Assembly: GCF_964213995.1 (NCBI RefSeq) | Contig: NC_135829.1 | Span: 6,696,001-6,760,000, forward strand | DNA: 64,000 nt | Direction of reading: 5' to 3' | Source of the DNA: Mustelus asterias | Lineage: Eukaryota | Shown: positions 13,015 to 26,484 of the stretch, in pieces | Numbering within the stretch: position 1 is the stretch's first letter | Layout of the letters: the number at the start of each line of letters is the position of its first letter | Translations under genes and position numbers: made by a program | The notes under the pieces: generated by a model | Databases searched by the model: none | What the model was told of the DNA's origin: nothing | What the model saw: the letters and a program-made list of their open reading frames with translations, nothing else

Positions 13015-13299
13015 AATTGAATATGGACAAGTGTAGGAATGTGGAGAAAGAGCAGTAGACTAAGACTAATAGTTTGTTTCTTTCAAGCACCTTGGGCTGA
13101 CTGGCCGCTTTCTGTACTGCGTGACTCTATAATCCATACATTAAATAAATTGAATATGGACAATTGTAGGAATGTGGAAAAAAGATTAGTAGATGAAGAC
13201 TAATAGTTTGTTTCTTTCAAGGAGCCAGCACAAGCACCTTGGGCTGAATGGCCTCTTTCTGTACTGCGTGACTCTATAATCCATGCATTAAATAAATTG
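13015..13299 (+). repeat. Tandem duplication (~135-150 bp units) of an old CR1 3' UTR
   Basis: AAATTGAATATGGACAA...GTGACTCTATAATCCAT.CATTAAAT occurs twice in tandem. Confidence 0.88.
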
Positions 13300-13389
13300 T
13301 TTCACAAAGAGGTAAACCTCGTGATCTATGGGGAATTGTAACTCCCCAGTATGGCTCCACCCTGATCAGTTAACCTGTTGTCTTGGCAG

Positions 13390-13627
13390 ATCACAAGGTA
13401 TATTTGAGAACAAAAGGCAAGACCCCACGGGTCTGATCGCGGCACTGCAGTCTACCGAGCTGGTTGGTGTTCTCAACATGCTTTACTGCATCCTCCTTCA
13501 CGGTGCAGTCCCGGACCATAACATCACCACGCCGGCAGAAACGTACCCGCAGCACACCATCCATGTTGCAATCCAGAGCCTTCGCTTCCTAAACAGTTTC
13601 GCATTTTTGGATCTTCCCACTTTTCAG
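13390..13627 (+). CDS. SCAPER: SCAPER coding exon
   Basis: ggcag|A...TTTCAG|gtgagt; 238 nt; SQGIFENKRQDPTGLIAALQSTELVGVLNMLYCILLHG...AIQSLRFLNSFAFLDLPTFQ; phase matches the preceding exon. Confidence 0.95.
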
Positions 13628-15101
13628 GTGAGTTGAGTTTCATTAACTGTGAATTGCAGATCAACAGAAATACTAAGTACCTGAAAGTATGACCGTTTCT
13701 GGAGTTCAGATCTTTCCTTTTTATTAAATCCATGAGTATATCAAGACTAGAATGAGCTAATTGTTCTGGTACAGTTCCAAAGATTAGATCAATCTCGGTG
13801 TCTAAACTATTAGGTGTAATGCTGAATTATATGGGTCAGAAATGTTCCAGTTTCATACCTTGATCTGTGTTACAATAGCTGATTGCTGCTTCGCTGGGGG
13901 TTATAATTGGCCTCCAGAACTCTAAACGAGGAAGCTCAGCTGCAACTTATGTGATCTTGCAGGAAGTGCATTTGGTAACCCATTCAATCCATCAGGGCTT
14001 TTACGTTATTCAGTTAGAGCATGGCTGATCTAACCCATTCAATATTCAATACAAGGCTATGGGCCAAGTGTTGGAAAATGGATGAGAATGGTTAGGTTTG
14101 TTTTTGACTGGTGTAGATGGGCTGAAAGGCCATTTCTGTGCAGTTAGACCTCTTTGACTCTTTAAAAAAAAAAGTAATTTAATTGTCCCTCACTGAAATC
14201 CTATTGACAGCTCATAATGTCACCTATTCTGTAACTATACCGTGGGGATTTGAAAGCACTGATTCTGTTCACTCTCTGGTGCCAGTGTGGGTATTAAACA
14301 AGCTCCAGATTTCTCTGCTGTGCTGAGCTGTGGAGCCCTGAGGAAACACAGGGTCATCAATAAGCAGTTGTCCTCTTGTACACAAACATTCAAGGCCTCT
14401 GCCTTCCTGCTATCATTAAGGGTTAGTCTTGGGGCACTGGGTCAAAGTACAGGGTGGACAGGAGTAATTAAAACGAGAGCCAGAGCCAAGCATACTTTGA
14501 GTGAGTAATGAAGGTGCACTCCCTAGCTATTTGAGTAAAAAAAACCTTTGATTCATTATTTAGAGAGATACATGATAAATAGTACTATTTCATTTATAAA
14601 GATATATTGCATCAGGCATCTAAAAAATAGTGCTAATTGAATAAGGTCCCTAATGAATAAACATGTTTGCCATAAGCAAGCCCCTGTACCTTAACCAGGT
14701 TTCAGAAGCCCAGTATGATGGCTGCTAACCTGTCATTGCCAAGTTTCTTCCACTCTAGAAGTCAACTTTACGGATCTTTATTCTCCTCCTCTTCCACAAA
14801 TCCACTGAGTGAGCTCCTGACTTGTACATCGCTGCATGCACATCACTGCATGCACCATCGCTGCATGCACCATCGGTTTATCTGACTCCAGATTGCTGCT
14901 TCCTCACTGCACCCAGTGTCCATTTCCCATTGTTGCACAGTATTTCAACCACAGCATTCCTGCCCTCTGGAATTCTGCTCCCAAACCACACTATAATCTA
15001 CCGAAACCTCTTGAACTCTGCCTTTAGTCCGTCTCCACTTCACTCTCCTAAATATCCTTCCTTTATTGCTTTCTCTTTCTTTATAATGACTTAAATCAAA
15101 G

Positions 15102-15441
15102 ATCATAGAAACCCTACAGTGCAGAAAGAGGCCATTCGGCCCATCGAGTCTGCACCGACCACAATCCCACCCAGGCCCTACCCCCTTATCCCTACATATT
15201 TACCTGCTAATCCCTCTAACCTATGCATCTCAGGACACTAAGGGGCAATTTTAGCATGGCCAATCAACCTAACCCGCACATCTTTGGACTGTGGGAGGAA
15301 ACCGGAGCACCCGGAGGAAACCCACGTAGACACGAGGAGAATGTGCAAACTCCACACAGACAGTGACCCAAGCCAGGAATCGAACCCAGGTCCCTGGAGC
15401 TGTGAAGCAGCAGTGCTAACCACTGTGCTATCTTGCCGCCC
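15102..15441 (-). mobile_element. HE1 SINE
   Basis: full-length copy on the minus strand. Confidence 0.85.
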
Positions 15442-15768
15442 CTTATTTAAGATGCTTATTTAGGTGCATTACCCTGTGCAAGAACTGCAATAGTGCCGTT
15501 TGGGCCTATTATGCAACCTGCTGCCAGCTGCATCCAAAACTGCTCATACTCAATCACTACCTTTGTGTAAATCACCTGAGCATGTTTGAAACGTGAACTG
15601 CTGTATAAGTGCACATTGCCCCTGCTGCTACTGTGAAATCTGGTTATGGAATGCTTGCGAACTGTTGAAGTAATGCAGTGCGCTTCCCATGACCGCTCGG
15701 TGCAGCACTGACTCATTTGGACCAGAAGATCCCTGGCTTTATTCATAGTCTTTGCTGGGTTAGTTGAC

Positions 15769-15872
15769 ACAATAAGGGTTTTAACAACACCAGGTTAAAG
15801 TCCAACAGGTTTATTTGGTAGCAAATACCATTAGCTTTCGGAGCGCTGCTCCTTCGTCAGATGGAGCGGAAA
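15769..15872 (-). mobile_element. Penelope-like element family A, single short arm
   Basis: CAACACCAGGTTAAAGTCCAACAGGTTTATTTGG shared with other copies. Confidence 0.8.
15828..15864 (-). ncRNA. Minimal type I hammerhead ribozyme motif
   Basis: minus strand: ccat-CTGACGA-aGGAGCagcGCTCC-GAA-AGCT-A-atgg. Confidence 0.7.
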
Positions 15873-16494
15873 TGACAGAGCAGCAGTAAAGGTGCGACAA
15901 TTGGCTTCAACACCCCTCAACTAGGAAACATCACCCAGAAAATTCTATTTCCTAAGCACTGTCCAATGATACCTATTGGAAGGTATCACACGTGTAAGCA
16001 TTTGGTGCGGACAGAACCGGATGCTGTCAAGTTGCACTCATTGTGTTGCCTGGCCGGACATGCAAAATATAGAATCTCCACTCAGGAATCATTAGAAGCT
16101 AATTGATGCCTCTAGAACCATATCGCAGAAAATCAGTGCTTTCAAAGGTGTAGGGAAGGTAGAGATAATAAGGGGAGGGGAGAAAAAAAGTAACTGCAGA
16201 ACAAAATGAAAAATCAACCAAATACGTGAATAACAATGGAGCTTCTCTAATTTCCTTATTAAGATGAATGTGTTGGTTTGGAATTTGTGTGGCTGAGCTA
16301 TTGAGCTATTGATAAATCACTCGCAAATGTGGACGTGAGCTTCCTTATTCAGCTGGGGCAATGCTCAACTTTCTCTCTCTCTCTCTTTTCCCCCCCCCCA
16401 CTACCACCCCCCCCCCCCCAAAAAAAACCCTCTCTCTTTCTCCACCCCCCCCCCCCCCAAAAAAAAACAATCTGCATCCTTTTCTTTCCATTAG

Positions 16495-16644
16495 GCTGTG
16501 TGTGGTGCTGAGGGCCTCTCCCTGGCATTCCGCCATATTGTCAGCTCACTGCTGTGGTACTGTTACCATCATACCTGTGAGGACCTGCTGCATGAGGTCA
16601 TCGTCTGCGTGGGATATTTCACCGTAAACCATCCTGACAATCAG
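16495..16644 (+). CDS. SCAPER: SCAPER coding exon
   Basis: cattag|GCT...AATCAG|gtaagc; 150 nt; AVCGAEGLSLAFRHIVSSLLWYCYHHTCEDLLHEVIVCVGYFTVNHPDNQ. Confidence 0.96.
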
Positions 16645-16964
16645 GTAAGCAATAATTACAGGGCAGTGAGAACACAAAAGAAAAGAGTGACAGCCTCCCC
16701 CATCAGCTGGTAACAAAATGCCAACTGCAGTTTTAGTTTAAAAGATTGCTGTGACATTTTGAACCGATGCTGCAAGGAAATAATTGTTTTGCTATAATTT
16801 CTGTTGATAGTTTTTTATTTTCAATATTCATCATTTTCACTTTCTCTCCTCAAGCAAGTTTCTTTTTGTTAATTGTTTTTCTTATTTATAAAACAAAAAG
16901 GGTTCATCAGAATTCTAAACGTTTCTCAGGAAGCTTGGAATAAACCAGAGTTTTCATTTTGGTT

Positions 16965-17255
16965 TGATTTGATTTATTATTGTTGCATGTATTAGTATAC
17001 AGAGAAAAGTATTGTTTCTTGCACGCTATACAGACAAAACATACCGTTCATAAAGAAGAAAATGAGAGAGCGCAGAATGTAGTGTTACAGTCATAGCTAG
17101 GGCGTAAAGAAAGATCAACTTAATGCGAGGTAGGTCCATTCAAAAGTCTGATGGCAGCAGGGAAGAAGCTGCTCTTGAGTTGGTTGGTACATGACCTCAG
17201 ACTTTTGTATCTTTTTCCCGACAGAAGAAGGTGGAAGAGAGAATGTCCGGGTATG
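16965..17255 (-). mobile_element. Rex1/Babar LINE 3' fragment
   Basis: LKSSFFPAAIRLLN frame; (ATCAA)n tail. Confidence 0.75.
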
Positions 17256-18252
17256 TCATATTTACCTCTCCAGGAATACTTGTATTTACCCAACAACTTT
17301 TAGAATTCAGAATATACCAAAGCACGGTACATGAAGCATTTTCAATCATGATCAAATGTCATTGAAATACATCCTTTTTTCTTGGTTAAAATGTTATGAC
17401 AACTTGCCTGAATAATGGAGTTTGATTTGTACTAAGAGCCCCAGTGACACACGGTCCTGGACCAGTGCCTATTCAATCACTGACGTTAATTCAGTCTTCC
17501 GGCACTCTAACCCCTCCAAATTCCTCCAAATAGATTGTCCAAGCATGCTATAAATATAAACACATATGGCCTTATCAAGGCTCATGGTGGGAAAGGTAGA
17601 GTTGAGGATTGTCATATCCGACCAATCATGATTTCATTGAATGACGGAGCGGACTCGACGGGCCGAATGGCCTACTTCTGCTCCCACCTCTTATGGTGCA
17701 AAGAAAGTTTAAGAATGCATAGAAAAATTTACCATAGTTATTTTAATTACGCTGTTTCACTTTTATGTATATATGCATAAACCCACAAATCTTAGATTTG
17801 CTACAGCACAGGAGGCCATTCGACCTGTCTTGTCTGCATTGGCTCTACAGACAGGCAATGCCGTTCCCCCGCCGTCTCCCCATAAGCCTGCACATGCATT
17901 CTTACTTTTCAGACTATAGTCCTCTTCTCTCTCGAATGCCTCAATGGAACCTGCCTCCACCACACTCTCAGGCAACGCATTCCACATCCTAACCACTCAC
18001 TAAGTGAAAAGGTTTCTCCTCCCGTCTGCATTGCTTTCTTTGCCAATTATTCACGTGAAAATAAAGATGAAGACATGACAAAAACAAAAAAATGTACAGC
18101 TTGTAAAATGTGAAAGGGATGCTTCTGTAAATAGAAAGGATTATATAATGGCAGATTACAGATAAACTGATATTCAAAATCTAATCCATTTACGTCTGTG
18201 GGACAAATTTCCTATCTTTTTTAAAAACTTGATCTTTGCTCAGCTCCATTTC

Positions 18253-18537
18253 AGTGGTCAGCACTGCTGCCACACAGCGCCAGGGGCCCGGGTTCGATAC
18301 CCGGCTTGGGTCACTGTCTGTGTGGAGTCTGCACGTTCTCCCTGCGGGGGTTTCCTCCGGGTGCTCCGGTTTCCTCCCACAGTCCGGAAGACGTGCTGGT
18401 TAAGTGCATTGGCCGTGCTAAATTCTCCCTCAGTGTACCCGAACAGGCGCCGGAGTGTGGCGACTGGGAGATTTTCACAGTTACTTCATTGCAGTGTTAA
18501 TGCGAGCCTACTTGTGACACTAATAAAATAAACTTTT
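18253..18537 (+). mobile_element. HE1-like SINE type B
   Basis: head, core and alternative tail. Confidence 0.8.
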
Positions 18538-19819
18538 CTAAACTTGAGCTAAAAGCACTATGCAGGACGAAAAACCCAGTTCAGATTAGTACTTTGAAGG
18601 CAAAGCATGATTCTGTTCCCTTCCTTATGAAGGTGGGATATAAGCCACTATATAGTTTTACCTGGTGTATTTTAGTGGGACTTTTTAAGATGTTGAGGGA
18701 CTGGGTGAATTCACTGTACTTGTTCACATTAAATTGCAAGAGCAGGTTAAGAAGAATAAGTTCAAGTGAGTAAAAAAGGTACATTTAGAACAATGTGTTG
18801 GCATTTTTCTTCACGCAACAAATGACAATGCAGAGAATAGAGTGCCAGGAGCAGGAGTTGGAGTGAAAATCCTGGTATCTTTTTAAGAAAATTGGATGCT
18901 AAAATGGGTAGATTGTAGGATTCTTTTGGATGGGCGTATTAAAATTGACTAAATGGCTGTCTTTATCTGTAGTGTGTTACGTTTTCACAGGGGATTTCCA
19001 CAGTAACTTCATTGCATTGTTAGTGTAAGTCTACTTGTGACTAAACAAAAAAATAAAAGTTGAATTGCGTGCAATGTAGATTGAAGAAGTTGTGCTAGAT
19101 TAATGGGATTTCTTTCCAGTTAACCAAACAATCCAGATTGCAGAAAAAAGACAGTGTTTTAACAATGACATGAGTCTTTTAATTAGTTCCAACCCGTCCA
19201 GGACAGACATGTCGTTGCCTGTACTATGTAACTGCCCAATAGTGGCTTTGTATTTCTCTGGCTCCTGATGAATGAAAACATTCATAAACATTCAGGCCAG
19301 CAGATTGACTTTGGATGCGAATCCCAGTTTGCACGGGTCAGTGAGCTTTGAAATCCGAGTCTTTAGTCCATTTCCCTTCAAGTGGTTCAAGTCATCCGTT
19401 GAGCTCAGTAATTAACACCCATACAAATCTATATGCCGTTCTGGGCTAAACGTGAAAGGAAACTTGACTGGATTTCTGCTTTTCCTATTTAAAATATTTT
19501 CCACTCCCTCCTTCTAAGTGCCACACTCGGTCACCAAATAAATATTACATGACAGAGAATAGATGGACGACCACAACTGGGGCAAACTGCTTAAAGAGTT
19601 TTGAATGGACTTACTTTGCATTAAGTTGATCTTTCTCTACACCCCAGCTATGACTGTAACACTACATTCTGCACCCCCTCCTTTCCTTCTCTATGAACGG
19701 TATGCTTTGTCTGTATAGCGTGCAAGAAGCAATACTTTTCACTGTATACTAATACAATAATAAATCAAATCAAATCGAAGAACATGGCAATCGTGTTGGT
19801 CAAACTCAAATAGAGTTAT

Positions 19820-20345
19820 AGTCATAGAGGTTTACAGCATGGAAACAGGCCCTTCGGCCCAACTTGTCCATGCCACCCTTTTTTTCTTTAACCTCTAAGC
19901 TAATCCCAATTGCCCGCATTTGGCCCTTGTCCTTCTATACCCACCTTACCCATGTAACTGTCTAAATGCTTTTTAGAAGACAAAATTGTACCCACCTCTA
20001 TTACTACCTCTGGCAACTTGTTCCAGACACTCACCACCCTCTGTGTGAAAAACTTGCCCCTCTGGACACTTTTGTATCTCTCCCCTCTCATCTTAAACCT
20101 ATGGCCTCTAGTTTTAGTCTCCCCTCCCTTTGGGAAAAGATATTGACTATCCAGCTGATCTATGCCCCTCATTATTTTATAGATCTCTATAAGATCACCC
20201 CTCAGCCTCCTACGCTTCAGAGAAAAAAGTCCCAGTCTATCCAACCTCTCCTTATAACTCAAACCATCAAGTCCCGGTAGCATCCTAGTAAATCTCTTCT
20301 GCACTCTTTCTAGTTTAATAATATCCTTTCTATAATAGGGTGACC
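19820..20345 (-). mobile_element. CR1 LINE 3' fragment
   Basis: VQKRFTRMLPGL..SYKERLDRLGLFSL..FFTQRVVSVWNKLP. Confidence 0.9.
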
Positions 20346-20919
20346 ATAAATGATGATGTTATGTTGCTCTTATTGCTTAGAAGTGGAGGCCCATGTTATA
20401 CAAGTGCTGCTCCCTTGTTTCATCTCGTACTGAGTAATCAGGAGTGGGGGCTGAAGGTTTGCGCTGTTATCGATAGCAGTTCTCCAATAGATAGACAATG
20501 TAAATCCAGGACTCTGTTGTTTATGCCTCTGAGCAGCACATGTATCATGAGGAGTTATCGGCAACAGCAAATTATTAGAAAATGTCTTTTTTAAAGAAAA
20601 GTGGCCAAAAAAGTAAAATATTAACTTTACTCAACTCGATGAATAGCTCGCACATGAACATAGGGAGCCTCGTCAATACACAAGTTAAGAGCCACATAAA
20701 ACTCTGGTCTAATGATCATGTTCAAGTTCTGGTCTTGAAATGGCTTTCCATAAAAGAAACTTTTAAAATTCCACATGTGCTACAATAAGTATCAGGTACT
20801 TGAATAAAGAAGCATAATACAACTGAAGTCTAATCTCAACTGGGAGGAATATTCCTGCTACATGAGGTTAGCTTTCAAAGATTATACACAGTCCAGTTTA
20901 CAGTAAAACTTTTTATTTT

Positions 20920-21825
20920 TGATTTGATTTATTATTGTCACATGTATTGGGATACAGTGAAAAGTATTGTTTCTTGTGCGCCGTACAAACAAAGCATATC
21001 ATTCATAGAGTACATGGGGAGAAGGAAAGGAGAGAGTGCAGAATGTAGTGTTATAGTCATAGCTAGGGTGTAGAGAAAGATCAACTTAATATAAGGTGGG
21101 TCAGTTCAAAAGTCTGACAGCAGCAGGGAAGAAGCTGTTCTTGAGTCGGTTGGTACGTGACCTCAGACTTTTGTATCTTTTTCCCGACGGAAGAAGGTGG
21201 AAGAGAGAATGTCCGGGGTGTGTGGGGTCCTTGGTTATGTTGGCTGCTTTGCCGAGGCAGCGGGAAGTGTAGACAGAGTCGATGGATGGGAGGCTGGTTT
21301 GTGTGATGGACTGGGCTACATTCACAACCCTTTGTAGTTTCTTGTGGTCTTGGTCAGAGCAGGAGCCATACCAAGCTGTGAGACATCCAGAAAAGATACT
21401 TTCTGTGATGCATCTGTAGAAGTTGGCAAGAGTCGCAGCGAACATGCCGAATTTCCTTAGCCTCCTGAGAAAGTAGAGGCGTTGGTGGAGGAACCAGGAC
21501 AGGTTGTTGGTGATCTGGACACCTAGAAACTTGAAGCTCTCGACCATTTCCACTTCATGTAGGTGTAGACAGAGGCATGTTCTCTCCTACGCTTCCTGAA
21601 GTCGATGACTATCTCCTTCATTTTACTGACAATGAAGGAGAGATTATTGTCGTTTCACCAGTTCACCAGATTCTCTATCTCATTCCTGTACTCCGTCTCA
21701 TCGCTGTTTGAGATTCGATCCACCACGGTGGCGTCAGCAGCAAACTTGAAAATCGAGTTGGAGAAGAATTTGGCCACATAGTGGCAGGTGTATCAGGAGT
21801 ATGGTAAGGGGCTGAGGACACAACT
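20920..21825 (-). mobile_element. Rex1/Babar LINE, 5'-truncated
   Basis: KFADD remnant, VESFKFLG, QRLYFLRRLRKFG, TNRLKNSFFP; (ATCAA)n tail. Confidence 0.85.
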
Positions 21826-23063
21826 TTGATCGTGCTGTATAATTGAGCAGATCACACCCCCTGCCACCACACAGATGTTGGAAATTGGCGCCCAATTCAG
21901 AGCACCTAATTATTTCTATTTAAATTATTTGCCATATTTCCACCAGATTGTGAATTTTATATCAATCGAGCTTTACTTGTACTTAGAAGGTAAAATTTGG
22001 TGACTCGTCTGCTCATATAGGAGCGGGTGAATGAGGATTGTGGTGTTGGAAGTGCCCAATGTGTGATTTGTATCACTGCAAATACAAGCTACGAAATGAA
22101 TAAAAACGACTTCAGTGTTTGATCCTTCACTACCTAGCTATTAAAGTTTTGACACATGCAAGACTCATATTAATCCATTTTAATAATGCAAAACTTCCAG
22201 TATCCTGAATGATGCTGTATCCCAAAACCCTGATTCTTCTGAGGCTCCTAGCGAAAGCCCTTGTCTCTTAGACCTATAACCCTGATTCTTTCTAATTAAT
22301 ACATTCCTGCTAATTAATACATTGGTACTGAAACCACCAATTTCCTTGTGGGAAAGGTGGGGGAGGGCCGGAGGGCAGATGTCACTTATAACCATAGAGA
22401 AAGGTTTGTAACTATGGGCATCAGGAAGCCTTAGCTGCTGCCAAACAATTAAGAAACTGCCAAGCAAGTTTTTGCTTTTAATCAATTGGACCACTGCAGG
22501 GTTGAACGTTTCACAGAGGGAAGACCGGAGTGGAGGTGGTGGGTGAAGTGACGAACCTGCCTTTATTTCTCGTATTATGAGCTACAGACACAACTAGTCA
22601 ACTTTCAACATGTCTAATTTGAACACCGCGTTCTTGCTCTTCAGTTGCTTGAAACGTGTTAAAAAAAAATTTTGGCACATCTCTTGAGCAGAAAATAATT
22701 GAAGTGTGCAGCTGTATGCATGTGATTGCAGCTACTTATACCTCTCAGCTTATTTTCTCATTGAAGGTCTCTTTCAATGGTAACGTGTGTAAATAACAGC
22801 TAAAATCCTCACCCTTTGAAATAAGCAGAAATGCAGCATACCATAACTTTTTAAAAAGATTCCTGACATACAATAATCCCCGAATGTCGAAATTTATTCC
22901 CTTGGCAGAGGCTGAATCACATCTTTCTTGTCAAGGATTGATTTGGGGGGTTTTTTCTTCCACGACTGCATTTAACTATAACCAATAAGGAAGAGACTTT
23001 TCATGTAGGTTATACGGAAATAAATTGCAAGTCAAAAGGGTACCAGATGGTGCAGTAGTAAGA

Positions 23064-23107
23064 AGTCTGTGCTTACCCCAGTCCAACGCCGGCATCTCCA
23101 CATCATG
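23064..23107 (+). mobile_element. Penelope-like family A minimal insertion (tail only)
   Basis: CTGTGCTTACCCCAGTCCAACGCCGGCATCTCCACATCATG flanked by the 12-bp direct repeat GCAGTAGTAAGA. Confidence 0.8.
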
Positions 23108-23206
23108 GCAGTAGTAAGATACAGAGACCAAAGTGTTTCTAGTCCCTATGTGACCTGTGCTGCAGTAGCCTTTCTCAGCTGTAGGATTCTGTAGAAGCCT
23201 CTGGCT

Positions 23207-23411
23207 TTGATTTGATTTGATTTATTATTGTCACATTTATTAACATACAGTGAAAAGTAGTGTTTCTTGCGCGCTATACAGACAAAACATACCGTTCATA
23301 GAGAAGGAAAGGAGAGAGTGCAGTCATAGCTAGGGTGTAGAGAAAGATCATGAAGGTCCATTCAAAAGTCTGACAGCAACAGGGAAGAAGCTGTTCTTGA
23401 GTTGGTTGGTA
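23207..23411 (-). mobile_element. Rex1/Babar 3' fragment
   Basis: same tail as the 20920 copy. Confidence 0.75.
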
Positions 23412-25999
23412 AGAAATTGAATTAAAGCGTTGTTAGAGAGTTTAGAAGAGTTAAAATGAAGTTTTAGAAGCATAGAACGAGAGTAAAAAATAGAATTAGA
23501 AGGTATGCTGGGCACACTTGCAAGAAGTCGCCTCGCCATCTTGGAAAAAGAAGAACAAACATATGAAATACTCATGGCTTTTCCCCGTGTTTATGTTGCT
23601 TCACTCGTTGCTTTACCAAGCTAACAGATAGTTTAAACCTGCCATAGATAGATTCTACTTCTATTACAACTCCATTGATAATATGTTTCCATTGATCTTT
23701 CAGATAGCCCACTTTGATTTTCCCTCACCTTTTTGTTTCTTTTTCATCTTGTCCGCTTAAGAATTTGTTAACTATCAGCTTTGGCAGTGCTCCTTGGCTC
23801 AGTTACACACCAAAGACAGAGTTGCAACATATAATTCTTCATTGAAGAACTCCCAGATTGCAATCAGACATTTCTGCTGACTATGTGGAAATTCATTCCA
23901 GTTTTCTCCCCGTTTCTTTGCTACTGTTCCCTTCAGAACAGCGGAGGCAAGAAGCATTGCTTATTGATCCAGGCTGGAAAGTGAATATGTGGAACGTACA
24001 TTTTTATTCAATATATAAACATTTTATATAAAAAAATATTATTCTAGTCCCTCTTAAAATGGATATGTTCATGAATTATATTCCTCTTTTTTTCTGTGTA
24101 AATGTTCAGTGGCAAATACTAAATAGCTAATGTTATTTTGTCAGTGAAAAATAATAAGTGATAGAGAAACTTTAGGTATTTCTACTTTCTCTGAGTGGTG
24201 TTGTACGGGCTCAGCACGTCAGCCAGGTGATAATCGAGACATGGTTGCTTGACGATGACTCATTCATAAAATGACTGCCTGTTTACCTACCAAAGGGTGA
24301 ATTAATCCATCTAAACTCATCTATGTAGAAAACAAAGTCGTCTTTCCTTTACAGCAACAACCACAACTTTCATTTATATAGCATCCTTTTCATGCAGTGA
24401 AAGCATCCTGTGGCTTTTTACCGGAGCACTATGAAGCAAGTTTGATATTGGAAAGAGATATTAGGACAGGTGACCAAAAGCTTGATCAAAGAGGCCTGTT
24501 TAATTGTCTCCTGAATGACTCCCAATTTTTGCTTGCAGTACATTGCATTTTCCTGTGCTGATTGCTTTTCATGTGAAGAACTCACATTTCAAAGTTTGCC
24601 ATTTACCAATTTAAACCAGGGCCACCGCGACCTACTATTAAGGCTTATCTTGAAATTGTGCACTGGATTCACCTTCTCCATAGCAATACATCAAAACTTT
24701 TTTAAAATTCCATTGTAATCAATAAGTAGAATGAAACACAGATGAAACGGAGATGGTGTATTCCTTTTTCTTTAAACTTCAAAGTAATGATTCAAACATG
24801 AGAGCCATCCTTGGTAAATTTCACCCATAATAATATGAGATTGAAATCTGGGATTTAAATTTCAGGGACGTTTGTTTCCAGTTCTTTACAACAACCCTTT
24901 TCTTCAATGAGTGACTGACACGCATTCCATTAACAGCTCAGCGTTAGTTTTCCCGTAGTAGTCGCACTTGCCTATTCAACCCTCCCCTCACCAATCTCCA
25001 TTGGCTCCTTATCTCAATGCATCAACACCAGTGTTCTATGGACAAACCCTTCTGTGGCTGTGTTGCTCCCTAGCTCTGCGACCTCCTCCAGCATTGTGCC
25101 TAAGTTTACTTCTCTGCCCTTCCAACTCGCATTGGCCCATTGCCTGTTCTACCATCAGAGCCATCAGTCTTCTAGCCACCACAATCTTGGCACCCCTTTG
25201 CTAGATCTCATTCCCAAAACCCTCCCCTAAACTGACTTGTTCCATAGTACCTTCAACCCCTCTCTTAATTTCACTTCCACACATTGAGGGTTTGACTCGT
25301 TCAACTGTGAGGAACCTTGGGGTGTTTGTTTTTGCTAACGGTACTGTACAATTGTAAGTCGATACCAACACAACTATACAATGCTTTCTCCCCTCGCTAC
25401 CACCCCCCCACCTCATTTCCCCTCCCTGCTAGATCTCTCAGTATCACACATCCTCCTCAGTCTATGAGCTTGGCTACAGCTCACTTTCTATAACCATTGC
25501 CTTGGGGTTGAAGAACAAATCAACAGATAGTGAGATGGATCCAGTAAGTTTTTTTCTCCCCCTTTCTGATTCTCTGCTGTCATGGATTGCATTCTACCCA
25601 TTTGTCTTTATCTCAGTTTCCATCATTTATTTGGGGGGGTGGGGGGCAAGGCTGATGAGATGTATGACCCCTTTTACATTAGTACACTTGCACTCTTTGA
25701 TGTTCAATGTTTTTAAATACGTCATGGCCTCTGATAGAGTTAATCAATCAGTGGGCCGTTTTAATACAGAATGAATCATAGGAAACACCAGTAAGTGGAG
25801 TCATGTCATTCTAATGTACGAAAATCCAAAAAACTTTGTGCTTGCCCTAAGTTAGCATGTCTGCTCAGAAAAATTTTCAATAGCATAAAAGAGAAGATCA
25901 AACAAGATTCTAAGGCAGATTATAATTATAAGTTAGCAATTTTACTTCATTTTTTAAAAACCCTCCTCATTTATAGTGAAGAAGTTGAAGAAGTATATT

Positions 26000-26484
26000 G
26001 GAGCAGCATGGTGGCACAGTGGTTAGCACTGCTGCCTCACAGCGCCAGGGACCCGGGTTCGATTCCCGGCTTGGGTCACTGTCTATGTGAAGTTTGCACG
26101 TGCTCCCCGTGTCTGCGTGGGTTTCCTCCGGTTTCCTGCCACAGTCCAAAGATGTGCGGGTTAGGTGGATTGGCTATGCTAAATTGCCCTTTAGTGTCAG
26201 GGGGACTAGCTAGAGTAAATGCATGAGGTTATGGGGATGCTGTCTGTGTGGAGTTTGTACATTCTCCCTGTGTCTGCATGGGTTTCCTCTGGGTGCTCCG
26301 GTTTCCTCCCACAGTCCAAAGATGTGTGGGTTAGGTTGATTGGCCATGACAAATGATCCCTTGGTGTCAGAGGGATTAGCAGGATAAATATGTGGGGTTA
26401 TGGAAATGGGGCTTGGGTGGGATTATGGTCGGTGCAGATTCGATGGGCCAAATGGCCTCCTTCTGCACTGTAGGGATTCTATGA
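26000..26484 (+). mobile_element. HE1 SINE with an internally duplicated core
   Basis: core CTGTCTGTGTGGAGTTTG...GGGGTTATGG occurs twice after one head. Confidence 0.8.

Noticed and set aside
16329-16627. Pro/Gly-rich ORFs
   Set aside because: Products of polyC/polyA tracts overlapping the true exon in other frames
18433-18452. CCCGAACAGG in type-B SINE tails as a tRNA-Lys primer-binding site
   Set aside because: Only 10 nt match, no TGG start and no adjacent LTR
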